A DNA stretch of 64,000 nucleotides from an uncultured virus (IMG/VR IMGVR_UViG_3300008107_000034) (IMGVR_UViG_3300008107_000034); one strand, 5' to 3'; positions 37,982 to 48,618 are shown, numbered from the stretch's first letter. The notes: generated by a model not told the origin, from the sequence alone. Translations and numbers: made by a program.

Positions 37982-38021
37982 CTAAATACTTATACTATAA
38001 GACTCATATAAGGTATTTAGA

Positions 38022-38840
38022 GTGGCAGTTAGACCCCGTAGAATATCGGATATAAAACCATTATTCACTAACCTTGCTCAAACTTCTCATTATGAAGTAA
38101 AGTTTGGTGGTCTTCCTCCACAATTATTATCTTATCTAAGTAGAAAAGGAATTGATCGTCGATTCATTGCAGAAGATGTTGGACTTTTATGTAATAATGC
38201 TGCTCTTCCAACAACACAACTTTCAGTAGCAGAAGTTTCTGGAAACTATATTGGAATCACAGAAAATTTTGCTCATCGTAGAGTCTATCAAGATATTAGT
38301 CTAGAATTTTATGTCGATAAAAATTATAAAACCTTGAAGTTTCTTGAACATTGGATGGAATTCATCGCAAGTGGATCTACTAATCCAATTGATAGTCAAT
38401 TAAATCCAATCAATAATAATGTTGATCAAGGATATTTTACTAGAATGCAGTATCCGGAATATTACAAATCAAATCGCACTCGTATTATTAAATTTGATCG
38501 TGATTATAAGAGAGAATTGGAATATACTTTTATCGGTTTGTATCCTTATAATATTGCATCAATTCCAGTTTCATACTCACAATCAAACGTGATGTCTATG
38601 CAAGCAACATTTAAAATTGAGCGTTATGTAGTTGGTAAATCTTATAGTAAAGATATTTTTGAGAATATTGATAATAATAACGAAGTCGGGCAACCTCCAC
38701 AACAACCACAAAGAGATCCAAAACCAAGATTAGTTCCAAGATCTCCTGGATCTATTCCTTCAAATGGTGTAGAATTGTTACCTGCTGGTCAAACTTTATA
38801 TGAGTCTCTTTACGGGACGGATCTGCAAAAGTATAGATAA
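38022..38840 (+). CDS. Tail-tube-like/baseplate tube initiator (gp54/gp19-like)
   Basis: LLCNNAALP, FYVD.NY, FLEHWME, YTF.GLYP; GTG start. Confidence 0.6.
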   Translation: MAVRPRRISDIKPLFTNLAQTSHYEVKFGGLPPQLLSYLSRKGIDRRFIAEDVGLLCNNAALPTTQLSVAEVSGNYIGITENFAHRRVYQDISLEFYVDKNYKTLKFLEHWMEFIASGSTNPIDSQLNPINNNVDQGYFTRMQYPEYYKSNRTRIIKFDRDYKRELEYTFIGLYPYNIASIPVSYSQSNVMSMQATFKIERYVVGKSYSKDIFENIDNNNEVGQPPQQPQRDPKPRLVPRSPGSIPSNGVELLPAGQTLYESLYGTDLQKYR

Positions 38841-38867
38841 ATAATTTTATCTGATTTGTAGGTGAAT

Positions 38868-39587
38868 ATGCCATTACCCACTGTTGTAACTCCGTCTTAT
38901 AGTTTAGAAATTCCATCTCTTAAAAAAGAAATCAAATATCGCCCTTTTCTTGTAAAAGAAGAAAAGATCTTGATTATTGCAATGGAGAGTGAAGACTCAA
39001 AACAAATTGCTGATGCTGTTAAAAATGTCATTAGCAATTGTATTTTAACAAAAGGAATTAAGGTTGATCAACTTGCAACCTTTGATATTGAATATTTGTT
39101 TCTTAATATTCGTGGAAAGTCTGTTGGTGAAAATGTTGATGTTTTAATTACTTGTCCTGATGATGGTCAAACACAAGTTCCAATCAGCATTAATCTTGAT
39201 GATATTAAAATTAGTGTAAATGAAGAACATTCTAGAGATATTAAATTAGATTCTAATCTAACTCTTAGAATGAAGTATCCATCAATGAAAGAGTTTATCA
39301 AAACAAACTTTGGAAATGACTTTAACATGAGTGTTGATGATACTTTTGATTTGATTATGTCTTGTGTGGAACAAGTTTATAATGAAGAAGAATCTTGGTC
39401 AGCATCTGATTGCACAGCAAAAGAACTTTCTGAATTTATTGATCAGTTAAGTTCAAAGCAATTCAAAGAAGTTGAAAAGTTTTTTGCAACGATGCCTAAA
39501 CTTTCTCATACACTTAAAGTCAAGAATCCAAATACTGGAGTTGAGAGTGAAGTATTACTGGAAGGGTTATCAAGTTTTTTCGCTTAG
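38868..39587 (+). CDS. gp26: Baseplate hub subunit / assembly chaperone
   Basis: MPLP, YRPFLVKEEKIL, DIEYLFLNIRGKSVGE, FFATMPKL. Confidence 0.85.
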   Translation: MPLPTVVTPSYSLEIPSLKKEIKYRPFLVKEEKILIIAMESEDSKQIADAVKNVISNCILTKGIKVDQLATFDIEYLFLNIRGKSVGENVDVLITCPDDGQTQVPISINLDDIKISVNEEHSRDIKLDSNLTLRMKYPSMKEFIKTNFGNDFNMSVDDTFDLIMSCVEQVYNEEESWSASDCTAKELSEFIDQLSSKQFKEVEKFFATMPKLSHTLKVKNPNTGVESEVLLEGLSSFFA

Positions 39588-39589
39588 GA

Positions 39590-39763
39590 ATGGCTCATGA
39601 AAATCTTGAGTCATATTATAAAACTAACTTTTCTCTTGTTCAACACCATAAATATTCATTGACAGAAATAGAAAATCTTATACCTTGGGAAAGGGAAGTT
39701 TATATTGCTCTTCTCAAACAATATATTGAAGAAGAAAACTTAAAGAACAACACAAATGGCTGA
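39590..39763 (+). CDS. gp51: Baseplate hub assembly catalyst-like small protein (57 aa)
   Basis: YYKTNFSLVQHHKYSLTEIENLIPWEREVY; not in the ORF track. Confidence 0.8.
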   Translation: MAHENLESYYKTNFSLVQHHKYSLTEIENLIPWEREVYIALLKQYIEEENLKNNTNG

Positions 39764-41372
39764 GTTAGATCCCGAAAAAGTTGGTAGATCTGGAATAGAT
39801 CCAGGCACGGGATCTCCTCTGTCTCAAGAAGTTAGAAATGCACTTTTAAAGAAATCAATAATTGATCAATCTGTTTTCAGAAATCAATTAATAGAATCTG
39901 AAAATAGAAAAAGAGAAATTGATAACCAGAATGTTAGAGTGATTCAGTCTCAAGAGCAAGCACTCTTAGGATTTAATTCTAATATTCAAGCATTAAGATC
40001 TGATATTGGTAAGTTAGGAACAGGTCTTGCAAGCATTGCAACACTTCTCCAACAAGATAATGCTGAAGAAATATCTAGAACAAGAGCAGAACAAGAGAAA
40101 GAAAGAAGATTAGCAGAACAACAAGTTAGAATTGGTAAAGAGAATGAATTAGAGCAAAAGATACAAAATGCTCTTGTTACTCCAGTTCAGAAATTAACTC
40201 CAAAGGTAGATGATGTCTTTGGTAGAATTGGTGCTGCACTTGGAATTTTATTTGGTGGTTGGTTAACAAATCAAGTTGTCCAAGCAATACAAGCATCTGA
40301 AGATAAGAATACAAGTCTCTTTAATAATATTAAATTTAATATTATTAAAAATCTTGCAATCATTGGTGGTGGTTTACTAGCAATTCGTGCAGGATTTTCG
40401 ATTGTTAAAAATACAATTGGTAGAATTGCTTTTGGATTAACAAGATTATTAATTGCAAAACCTTTAGCAATTGCAGCAGCATTACTCCCTCGTATTGGCG
40501 GTCCAAAGCCTGCTGGACCAAAACCTGCTGGACCAAAACCTGGTAGTGGTCTTAATGTAAGAAGTAATATTGCAATTGGTGCATTGATGACAGGACTTGA
40601 CATTGCTGGAGGAGAAAATCCTGCCAGAGCAGTTGCAGGTGCCACGAGCGGTATGATTACTTCTGCTGCCGCTTTTGGTTTAGGATCTTTAATACCTATT
40701 CCAGGAACAGGACTTATTTCTGGTGCTCTTGCATATGGTCCAGGTCAAAAGTTTGGAAAAGAAATTTATGATAAGTTTTTTGGAAAAACTGAAACAAATA
40801 CTAGAATTTTAACAGAAGAAAAACCTAAAGAATCTCTAAAACCAGCAGCAGAAGAAAAACCAAAAGAATCTCCAAAACCAGCAGCAGAACCTGCACCTGC
40901 GGCCGCACCAGCACCTGCTCCTGCTGCAGTGCAACCACAAACTACCATGATGCCATCTGCTCCAAGTCCAGAAATGGTTTCAAAATTTGAACAGGCATGG
41001 CAATATAGAAATAATCCCTTTGCAAGAGGGAGAATTGAAGATGCATGGAGTAAAATGACTCCAGAAGAAAAGCAACAAGCAAAATCTTGGGCAGCATCTA
41101 AAGGATACAATTGGTCCGAAATGAGATTGCCAGATGCTGTTGTAGCATCTCCAGCAGAAGTTACACCACCTGCAAAACCACCAACACAGGTTGGTCAGTT
41201 GCCAGAACCACAACCATCAATAACAATGATTAAATCATCAAATAATGCTAATCAACAAGCAAATGTTCCATTGACAAGTGGAGCATTATCTGATGTTCCT
41301 TTGATTAACTCTGCAAATCCTGATAATTTTTATGTTTTATATTCTCAGTTAAATTATAATGTGGTAACATAA
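39756..41372 (+). CDS. Tail/baseplate protein, tape-measure-like
   Basis: Coiled coil, Gly/Ala-rich hydrophobic segments, Pro/Ala repeats; position after gp26/gp51. Confidence 0.55.
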   Translation: MAELDPEKVGRSGIDPGTGSPLSQEVRNALLKKSIIDQSVFRNQLIESENRKREIDNQNVRVIQSQEQALLGFNSNIQALRSDIGKLGTGLASIATLLQQDNAEEISRTRAEQEKERRLAEQQVRIGKENELEQKIQNALVTPVQKLTPKVDDVFGRIGAALGILFGGWLTNQVVQAIQASEDKNTSLFNNIKFNIIKNLAIIGGGLLAIRAGFSIVKNTIGRIAFGLTRLLIAKPLAIAAALLPRIGGPKPAGPKPAGPKPGSGLNVRSNIAIGALMTGLDIAGGENPARAVAGATSGMITSAAAFGLGSLIPIPGTGLISGALAYGPGQKFGKEIYDKFFGKTETNTRILTEEKPKESLKPAAEEKPKESPKPAAEPAPAAAPAPAPAAVQPQTTMMPSAPSPEMVSKFEQAWQYRNNPFARGRIEDAWSKMTPEEKQQAKSWAASKGYNWSEMRLPDAVVASPAEVTPPAKPPTQVGQLPEPQPSITMIKSSNNANQQANVPLTSGALSDVPLINSANPDNFYVLYSQLNYNVVT

Positions 41373-41373
41373 G

Positions 41374-43302
41374 ATGGCATCAATATCAGATTCACTTAGA
41401 ACATCATCAATTAATATTACCAATATTTCTAAATCTTTGTTTGAAACAAAGAGAAGTGTTTCTTCTGTTAATGATTCTGTTAGTAATATCTCTAAAATTA
41501 TTGCGACAAATACTAGAGTTAAAAGAGAATTATTTGCAAATACTCAACTTATTGAATCTAGAAGAAGAGAAGCAGCAAAAAGACAAGAAATTGAGGATCA
41601 GTTAGAATCTTCTAGAGTATCAACATCTCCTTCAAGAGGACTTGCCTTTGCAGGGAGAAGTGATAAGGGACCTTTAGGGAGATTGGTTGGATTTTTAGGA
41701 TTTATAACTGCTGGATGGATTGTAGAAAATCTACCGACTTGGATTTTTATGGGTCAAGAGTTTGTAACTAGAATTCAGATATTTGGTAGAACGATGTATA
41801 ATATGGTCGGTAATATGCAAAATATTATCAAATCATTTGGATCTGTTTTAGAGAATTCATTCAATGCAATTATTACACTTGATTTTAATTCGTTTAGTGA
41901 GGGAAGTGTTGCACAATCTTTTGATGAACTTAATCTTGCAGTTCAAGGTTTAGGTGATGAAATTACAGAAACATTCAGACTTTTTACCACACCACTTAAT
42001 GAATCTGTAGAAACCGGAGAACAAGCACCTGCTCTTGATGAAGAAAGACCTGATACTATGTTTCCTGAAGAAGATACTGCTAGTAGTGGAACAGTAAGTC
42101 CTCAGGCAGTTTATTCATATTTAAGACAGTTGGGAGTGCCCCATATTCATGCACTTGGTATTTTGGCAAATATACAAGGAGAAAGTGGATTTCAAATTGG
42201 AGTTACTGAAAAAGGTGGGACAAAATCTGGTGTTGGATTATTTCAATATTCTTTTCCGTCAAGAAAAAACGCATTTTTAAAAGCAGTTCCTGATTATAAA
42301 ACTAATTGGAAAGGACAAGTTGATTTTGCAATAAAGAATGATCCAAATACTCCATTATATTTAAGAAAACAGTTTAATACTCCAGAAGAGGCGGCAGATG
42401 ACTGGATGATACAATGGGAGAATCCATCTAAAGGAGTTTATGCTGAACGGAGAAGAAAACACAATCAATTTATTAAAAACTTTAAACCTTCATCAGGACA
42501 ACCACAAAAACCATCGGTTACTCCACAAACTCCTTTAGCAACAAGTTTTACACCTGTAACTGGAACAAGTGGTGCATCAATGGGTAATAAACCTTTAAGT
42601 GTTCCATATAGTCCATTTAAACCTGGTTCTGGAGCAACAATAACCTCAGGAAAAGGAATGAGATGGGGAAAACAACATAAAGGATATGATATTGCTGCTG
42701 CTAGTGGAACTCCTTTATATGCATATTTTCCTGGAAAAGTAACTCATATTGGTATAGATGGAACTGCATCTTCTGCTGGTTACGGAAACTGGGTTGTTTG
42801 GCAAGATGATATGTATGGTGCATATCATTTCTTTGGTCATATGAGAAATCGTCCTTCTGTAAGTGTTGGACAAGTTATTAATCAGGGAACTTTGATGGGT
42901 TATGTTGGAAGCACAGGTGAATCAACTGGACCACATTTACACTGGGAAATCTCAAATAATCCTCCACAAAGTAATGGGCAGTTTACTTCTTTTGAAGATC
43001 CAGGATCCTGGTTAAAAAGACACCCTTTAAAATATGCTAAACCTGGAGCAATAACATCACAACCTAGTACTCCACCCGCACAAATTTCTTTCCCATCTTC
43101 ACGAATGGGACAACCAGCGGCAATGACTCCCGAAAGAAAAGGATCACAAATAATATTCATTGATGATACACAACCACAGGCACAAGCACCACAAGTATCA
43201 TACCCATCTCAACAACCTACAGTTACTCCAACAATCACCGAATTTAAACTGTTAAATAATTTTATTAAGAACAAACTCTTGCTCGATCTGGCGTATCTAT
43301 AA
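41374..43302 (+). CDS. Tail-associated lysin: phage tail-lysozyme domain + M23 peptidase
   Basis: ILANIQGESGF...GVGLFQY; HKGYD, GYGNWV, STGPHLHWE. Confidence 0.8.
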   Translation: MASISDSLRTSSINITNISKSLFETKRSVSSVNDSVSNISKIIATNTRVKRELFANTQLIESRRREAAKRQEIEDQLESSRVSTSPSRGLAFAGRSDKGPLGRLVGFLGFITAGWIVENLPTWIFMGQEFVTRIQIFGRTMYNMVGNMQNIIKSFGSVLENSFNAIITLDFNSFSEGSVAQSFDELNLAVQGLGDEITETFRLFTTPLNESVETGEQAPALDEERPDTMFPEEDTASSGTVSPQAVYSYLRQLGVPHIHALGILANIQGESGFQIGVTEKGGTKSGVGLFQYSFPSRKNAFLKAVPDYKTNWKGQVDFAIKNDPNTPLYLRKQFNTPEEAADDWMIQWENPSKGVYAERRRKHNQFIKNFKPSSGQPQKPSVTPQTPLATSFTPVTGTSGASMGNKPLSVPYSPFKPGSGATITSGKGMRWGKQHKGYDIAAASGTPLYAYFPGKVTHIGIDGTASSAGYGNWVVWQDDMYGAYHFFGHMRNRPSVSVGQVINQGTLMGYVGSTGESTGPHLHWEISNNPPQSNGQFTSFEDPGSWLKRHPLKYAKPGAITSQPSTPPAQISFPSSRMGQPAAMTPERKGSQIIFIDDTQPQAQAPQVSYPSQQPTVTPTITEFKLLNNFIKNKLLLDLAYL

Positions 43303-44648
43303 TGTCAATTAAAAAGTCCTTATACAATGAACTTATTTTAGAATCAAATGACGGATCAAGAACGATTGATCTAATAACTGGTGCTATTTTATTTGAGTAT
43401 TATGAAGATATTTTTTCACCAACAATCACTGCAAAACTTAAAGTCATTGATAATGGAAATGTTATCACACCAGCAGATGGTAAAAGTGGGGATAAGCAGT
43501 CAATTTATAATGGTCTTCCTCTTCGTGGGGGAGAAAGGGTTTCTTTAAATATCGCTGGCAACTCAGCAACAAATCCAGGATTAAATTTTTCTAAGAAAGC
43601 AGATGACTATTTTTATGTTTCAAGCATCACTGATGTAATATCTGAAACAAACAGAGAAACATTTACTTTGCATTTAGTATCAAGAGAAGCAATCACGAAT
43701 GAAACAGTAAGAGTTTCTAAAAAATTTCCAACTTCTTTAAGAATTAGTGATTCTGTATCGGCAATTTTAAGGGATACATTAAAAACAAATAAATTAGGAA
43801 CAATAAATCCTTCATCTAACAAATATGGTTTCATTGGCAATCTAAGAAAACCATTTACAGTTTTAGTTTGGTTAGCATCAAAAGCAGTTCCTGAAAGTTC
43901 TGGAAGTGCTACTGCTGGTTTTGTCTTCTATCAAACTCAAGATGGGTTTCAATTTAGATCTCTTGATGAACTAATGAAACAAAGTCCAAAAGCAACTTAT
44001 ACTTATACAGAATCTCAAACATCTTATGATGAGAATGATAAAAAAGTAAATAATGATTTTAAAATTTTGAATTACTATGTTGATAAAAATCAAAATTTAC
44101 TTGAAAAACTTCGTTTAGGAACTTATGCAAATTATAGAATTTTCTTTAATCCATTAAATGGAACAATCACATCTCCAGGTAAAGAAGTATTCAAACAAAG
44201 TAATTATGATCGAAAAACAAGTAATCTTGGAAGAAAATCATTTAATCTTCCAAGATTAGATAATAATTCAAGTCAAACTCTTGGAGATATTCCAACTAGA
44301 ATTATCACTGGAATTTTAGATGTTGGAACAATGGAAAAAGATGTATCTAAAAATCTAAATGCAGATCCAATAGATTATCAATCACAATCACTCATGAGAT
44401 ATAACACATTGTTTACTCAGGTTGTTAATATTGTTGTACCGTCAAATACAAATCTAAAAGCTGGTGATATCATTGAATGCAACTTTCCAAAAATCACTCA
44501 ATCAAATGCAAAAGAATTTGACCCTGAAACAAGTGGTCTATATATGATTAAAGAACTATGTCATCATTTTGATGTTGAGAATTCATATACATCTATGAAA
44601 CTCATTCGTGATACATTTGGAGTCAATGTAGAGGCAAGAAAAACGTAA
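43302..44648 (+). CDS. Baseplate hub protein (gp27-like)
   Basis: YYEDIFSPTITA, FYQTQDGFQFRS, SGLYMIKELCHHF; directly upstream of gp5. Confidence 0.6.
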   Translation: MSIKKSLYNELILESNDGSRTIDLITGAILFEYYEDIFSPTITAKLKVIDNGNVITPADGKSGDKQSIYNGLPLRGGERVSLNIAGNSATNPGLNFSKKADDYFYVSSITDVISETNRETFTLHLVSREAITNETVRVSKKFPTSLRISDSVSAILRDTLKTNKLGTINPSSNKYGFIGNLRKPFTVLVWLASKAVPESSGSATAGFVFYQTQDGFQFRSLDELMKQSPKATYTYTESQTSYDENDKKVNNDFKILNYYVDKNQNLLEKLRLGTYANYRIFFNPLNGTITSPGKEVFKQSNYDRKTSNLGRKSFNLPRLDNNSSQTLGDIPTRIITGILDVGTMEKDVSKNLNADPIDYQSQSLMRYNTLFTQVVNIVVPSNTNLKAGDIIECNFPKITQSNAKEFDPETSGLYMIKELCHHFDVENSYTSMKLIRDTFGVNVEARKT

Positions 44649-46679
44649 ATGTTAGATCAATCATTACTTCAAAGTCATTTTATTGGTAGAGACGGTTTTC
44701 GTTGGTGGTTAGGTCAAATTGCACCGGTAGAATCGTGGGAAGAGCAAGCAAATGGTGGTGGATGGGGATACAGATACAAAGTTAGAATTATAGGATACCA
44801 TCCTTTAGACGTTTCTGAATTATCAAATGATGATCTTCCATGGGCGCAGGTTATGTTCCCAACTACTACTGGAAGTGGTGCAGCAAAGTATGCAGTAAAT
44901 CCAAAAATAAGACCTGGCGATATGGTCATTGGATTTTTCATGGATGGTGATAATGCACAAATCCCAGTTATTATGGGAACACTTGGTCATACAAGTGATT
45001 GGTCAACTGCCGAATATAAAAATCCTTTTACTCCTTTTACTGGACACACATCTAGAGTAAAAAGTCCAAAAGGAACTGGTAGAATAGAATCTGATGAATC
45101 AAATGAAGCAACAGAGCAATCTCAAAAAAGTCCAAGAGCAGTTCCTCCAGAAGTAGCAGCAAGATTAAAAGAAATATCTGCTTATAGTGGTATTGGAAAA
45201 AAAGTTGTATTTGCCGATACTTGTGAAGATACAACAATTAAAACAGTAAAATCCGAAGTTGATAATTTACTTAAAGATATACAAGATGCCCAAGGAAAAA
45301 TTTCTGATTTTAAACAGGCAATTCAAAATACTGCTGAGGTAATTAAAGGTGCAGTCAACTGGTTAGTTGGTGAAATTTTTAATATAATTTATGAGTATCT
45401 AGTTGGTGATGAGAAAAATCCAGGAATTATTCCAAAAGCATTACAAGCACTGTATATTAGTGTTTATGGGTCAGTTCTTGCTGCAACTGGTAGTCCAGCA
45501 GCAGCACATACTGCAGGATATAAGTCTAATGAAGTTTTTGTAATTCCGATTAAAGTTCTAGAAGAAGCACTTTCTTGTGTCGCAAATGCAATTGTTGAGG
45601 GTCTTAAAGATTTGATTATTCAGTTACTTGAATCACTTCTCGAAAATGTTGAAAGATTTGTAACTTGTATAGCAGAGCAATTCATCGGATCTCTTATTAA
45701 TACAATTACCGATGCGATTGCTGATGGATTATCTTCTGCTTTAGATGGTATTTCTGCTTTATTGGGTGGTGTTTTTAGTGTTGTTGATTTTATTAAAAGT
45801 GCAAAAGATTTATTTAGTGGATCTGGTGGTCTCTTTGACTGTAATCAAAGCAATAATAAGTGTGATGGAACTAAAGAATGGGTAGTTGGAGTTGGTCCAA
45901 AGAGTAGTATAGATCCTCTAGAATCATTTAATAGTATTTTTGATATTGCAAACACTATTGGTAGTGTTGTTGGAGATGTAACTTCTGCAGTTGAAGGTGT
46001 TGCAGGAATTGCAGATGTATTCTCAAACGATATCTTACAGGATGCTGTCAACGGATTGGGTGAGTGTATTCCAACATTCCCAGCGACTTGTGGTTCTCCT
46101 ACAATTAACATTTTTGGTGGAGGAGGATCTGGAGCAACAGCAATTGCCATTCTTGGTGCTAGAAATCCACTCATAAATGCAATCAATAATGTAACACAGA
46201 CTGCAAGTATTATTGGATCTGTAGTTACAAATCCTGGTTCTGGATATCGGTTTCCACCCTTTGTTGAATTTAGTGATAGTTGTGGATTAGGATATGGTGC
46301 AAAAGGTAGAGCAGTAATCAATGATGCTGGAGAAGTAACTGCAATTTATATGCTATCTTCTGGTGAAGGATATCCATTAGTGCAAAATCAAGATGCTTAT
46401 GGTGTTACTGATGTTATAGTACAAACTGCTGGATTAGAATACTCTAACAATGATACTGCAACCGATAATCTTGGAAATACTTATAGTTTAACAGTTGATA
46501 ATGGTAGAATACTTTCGGCAACACCTCTAAATATTTTGGAGGTTTCTGATATTCCTGTAATTACAGTTAACTCAGACACTGGATTTGGTGCTATCTTGAA
46601 ACCAATTCTTGGTACAATATCTCAACAAACAATTAGAGATAAAGTAGGTATTCAAACATCAATAGATTGTCCAACATAA
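44649..46679 (+). CDS. gp5: Baseplate hub/spike protein (gp5 OB-fold N-terminus)
   Basis: RYKVRIIGYH, LPWAQVMFP, VIGFFMDG..AQ.PVIMG. Confidence 0.8.
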   Translation: MLDQSLLQSHFIGRDGFRWWLGQIAPVESWEEQANGGGWGYRYKVRIIGYHPLDVSELSNDDLPWAQVMFPTTTGSGAAKYAVNPKIRPGDMVIGFFMDGDNAQIPVIMGTLGHTSDWSTAEYKNPFTPFTGHTSRVKSPKGTGRIESDESNEATEQSQKSPRAVPPEVAARLKEISAYSGIGKKVVFADTCEDTTIKTVKSEVDNLLKDIQDAQGKISDFKQAIQNTAEVIKGAVNWLVGEIFNIIYEYLVGDEKNPGIIPKALQALYISVYGSVLAATGSPAAAHTAGYKSNEVFVIPIKVLEEALSCVANAIVEGLKDLIIQLLESLLENVERFVTCIAEQFIGSLINTITDAIADGLSSALDGISALLGGVFSVVDFIKSAKDLFSGSGGLFDCNQSNNKCDGTKEWVVGVGPKSSIDPLESFNSIFDIANTIGSVVGDVTSAVEGVAGIADVFSNDILQDAVNGLGECIPTFPATCGSPTINIFGGGGSGATAIAILGARNPLINAINNVTQTASIIGSVVTNPGSGYRFPPFVEFSDSCGLGYGAKGRAVINDAGEVTAIYMLSSGEGYPLVQNQDAYGVTDVIVQTAGLEYSNNDTATDNLGNTYSLTVDNGRILSATPLNILEVSDIPVITVNSDTGFGAILKPILGTISQQTIRDKVGIQTSIDCPT

Positions 46680-46680
46680 A

Positions 46681-47247
46681 ATGACTCATAGAAATTACGA
46701 AGCAAGAGATTATATTAGTGTAGGACCAAAATTTAGAATTACTACAAATGATCCCTTAATGGGAATGGATGGAACATCTGTTTATCACATGTATGCTTAT
46801 ACAAATGATAATGATGTTCATTTGCAGACTTTTACTGAAACAGGGTCTTATAAGATTTTAAATGATAAAGGAATTGAAATCGTCGCTGGAAATACAGGAT
46901 CTGAGGGAAATGTTGATATTTGTCTCACTGGAATGGGTGGAGATATTTGTATCACTGCAATGAGTAATGGTACAGTGAAGATCAAAGGAAAAACTATTAT
47001 GATTGAGGCAGTAGAAGATTTAGATTTAAAAGCGGGTAGAAATATTAATGCAATATCAGGATCTGGTCGCATTATTATGAAAGCAAACAAAATAGATCAA
47101 GTAGCACTGACTGGTAATGCTATTCTTGACTCTTTTGGAAAGAGAGCATTCTCACTCTCACCTGTAGGAAATGAATATATTACTGATGTGTTTGTTGGTG
47201 GATTAAATGTAATTGGCGCAATTAAAGCAATTGTAGGAGTAGGTTAA
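46681..47247 (+). CDS. gp5 C-terminal spike-like beta-helix protein
   Basis: Short beta repeats (IEAVEDLDLKAGRNINAISG); follows gp5. Confidence 0.55.
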   Translation: MTHRNYEARDYISVGPKFRITTNDPLMGMDGTSVYHMYAYTNDNDVHLQTFTETGSYKILNDKGIEIVAGNTGSEGNVDICLTGMGGDICITAMSNGTVKIKGKTIMIEAVEDLDLKAGRNINAISGSGRIIMKANKIDQVALTGNAILDSFGKRAFSLSPVGNEYITDVFVGGLNVIGAIKAIVGVG

Positions 47248-47921
47248 TGTCAGTAGTAAATACTTTATTCAGTTTAATTGGATTTCCAACTCTTCCTGAA
47301 AAAGGTAAAGAAAAATTTTATCACGATAATAGCACTTTTAATCAAAATGTAAAAGTCACTGGGCAGTTAATAGGACAAAGTAATTCTTTAATTCTTGGTG
47401 AGCAAGCTGTTTGTGGAAATTTATGGATGCTTAAAAATCCATTTAATTTAAAAGCACCTCCAAATATTATAGGAACTAGGGGAAAAATTCTGAATTTTTC
47501 TGGAGTTTATCTATTTGGACTAAGTTACATATCTGGAAGATTAACCGTTATTGGTAGAACTAATTTTTTTGGAAAGGTTAGAATTAATGGTAAGGATCTA
47601 GAAGCAGAACTTGCATTAGGTAAGAAACTCCCAACTTCCGACATACGACTCAAAGAAAATGTTCATACAATTGAAAATGCACTAGATAAAGTTTCTGCTC
47701 TTCGTGGAGTATCTTTTGACTTTAAAGAAACTAAACAACCACAAATTGGAGTTATTGCACAAGAAGTTGAACAAATCATACCAGAAGTTGTTGGAGAAAA
47801 TCCTGATGGATACAAAGGTGTCCAATATGGAAACATTGTCGGTCTTTTAATTGAAGCAATTAAAGAACAACAAAAACAAATTGAAGAACTGAAGGAGAAA
47901 ATAAATGAAATTTCTAAGTGA
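47247..47921 (+). CDS. Short fibre protein with a peptidase S74 intramolecular chaperone domain
   Basis: SDIRLKEN...LRGVSF...IGVIAQEVE...LIEAIKE. Confidence 0.8.
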   Translation: MSVVNTLFSLIGFPTLPEKGKEKFYHDNSTFNQNVKVTGQLIGQSNSLILGEQAVCGNLWMLKNPFNLKAPPNIIGTRGKILNFSGVYLFGLSYISGRLTVIGRTNFFGKVRINGKDLEAELALGKKLPTSDIRLKENVHTIENALDKVSALRGVSFDFKETKQPQIGVIAQEVEQIIPEVVGENPDGYKGVQYGNIVGLLIEAIKEQQKQIEELKEKINEISK

Positions 47922-48582
47922 AATATTAAGTGAAAAATTATCTGCAAATACGGATGCAATCTCTTTCCTCAATGAGAGTAAAGGAGAATCGCAAGAAAGC
48001 ATCGAATCATTTTCACCCCCTTGTACAAACATTGATAAAAAGATAGTTTCTATTGCAGCATCAATAGTTGTTCTTCAAACGGAAATAGTATCTCTTTCAC
48101 AAAATGCATATGCTGTTGGGTGTGGAACAACTGTTGGCGTTTCAACTGTTTTTCCTGATGTTGTAAGAGTTTATAGTGAAAATATGTCCTCACCAACTTA
48201 TAACGGTGAAGATCCTTTTGATAGTACTAGCACATTTTTGGTCACATCAAATGTAGGTATAGGTACGTGGTTAGTTTACACACAAAATGATTCTACACAG
48301 TCTGGAATCGGAAGTTTATATGGTAACTTGTCTTCTTGTTACAGAATACCTTGTACATCTTCAGTTTGCGTCTCACACGCATCATCTATAACATCAAAGC
48401 AATCGCAAATTGTATCTTTAAGAAGTGAACTAACAAGTTTAATTACTAGCTCAAATCAAATTAAAACTGAAAGAAGAGAATATGAGTTTGAGAGATATGG
48501 GCAGAATTTTACAATTAAAGATCTTCAAGAAGAAAACACAAGAATCGTTGGGTCCATTGGTGTAATTAAAAATTACTCTTAA
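47905..48582 (+). CDS. Hypothetical (probably structural) protein
   Basis: 225-aa ORF, coiled-coil ends, VGIGT motif. Confidence 0.6.
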   Translation: MKFLSEILSEKLSANTDAISFLNESKGESQESIESFSPPCTNIDKKIVSIAASIVVLQTEIVSLSQNAYAVGCGTTVGVSTVFPDVVRVYSENMSSPTYNGEDPFDSTSTFLVTSNVGIGTWLVYTQNDSTQSGIGSLYGNLSSCYRIPCTSSVCVSHASSITSKQSQIVSLRSELTSLITSSNQIKTERREYEFERYGQNFTIKDLQEENTRIVGSIGVIKNYS

Positions 48583-48589
48583 AGACCTC

Positions 48590-48618
48590 TTGACACCAGC
48601 ACCAAGACCCCCTATAAT
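48590..48618 (+). promoter_or_regulatory. Sigma70-type promoter
   Basis: TTGACA-17 nt-TATAAT. Confidence 0.8.

Noticed and set aside
40499..40930. PKPAG and EEKPKES/PAPA short repeats as a special element
   Set aside because: Ordinary low-complexity linker expansions within a coding region.
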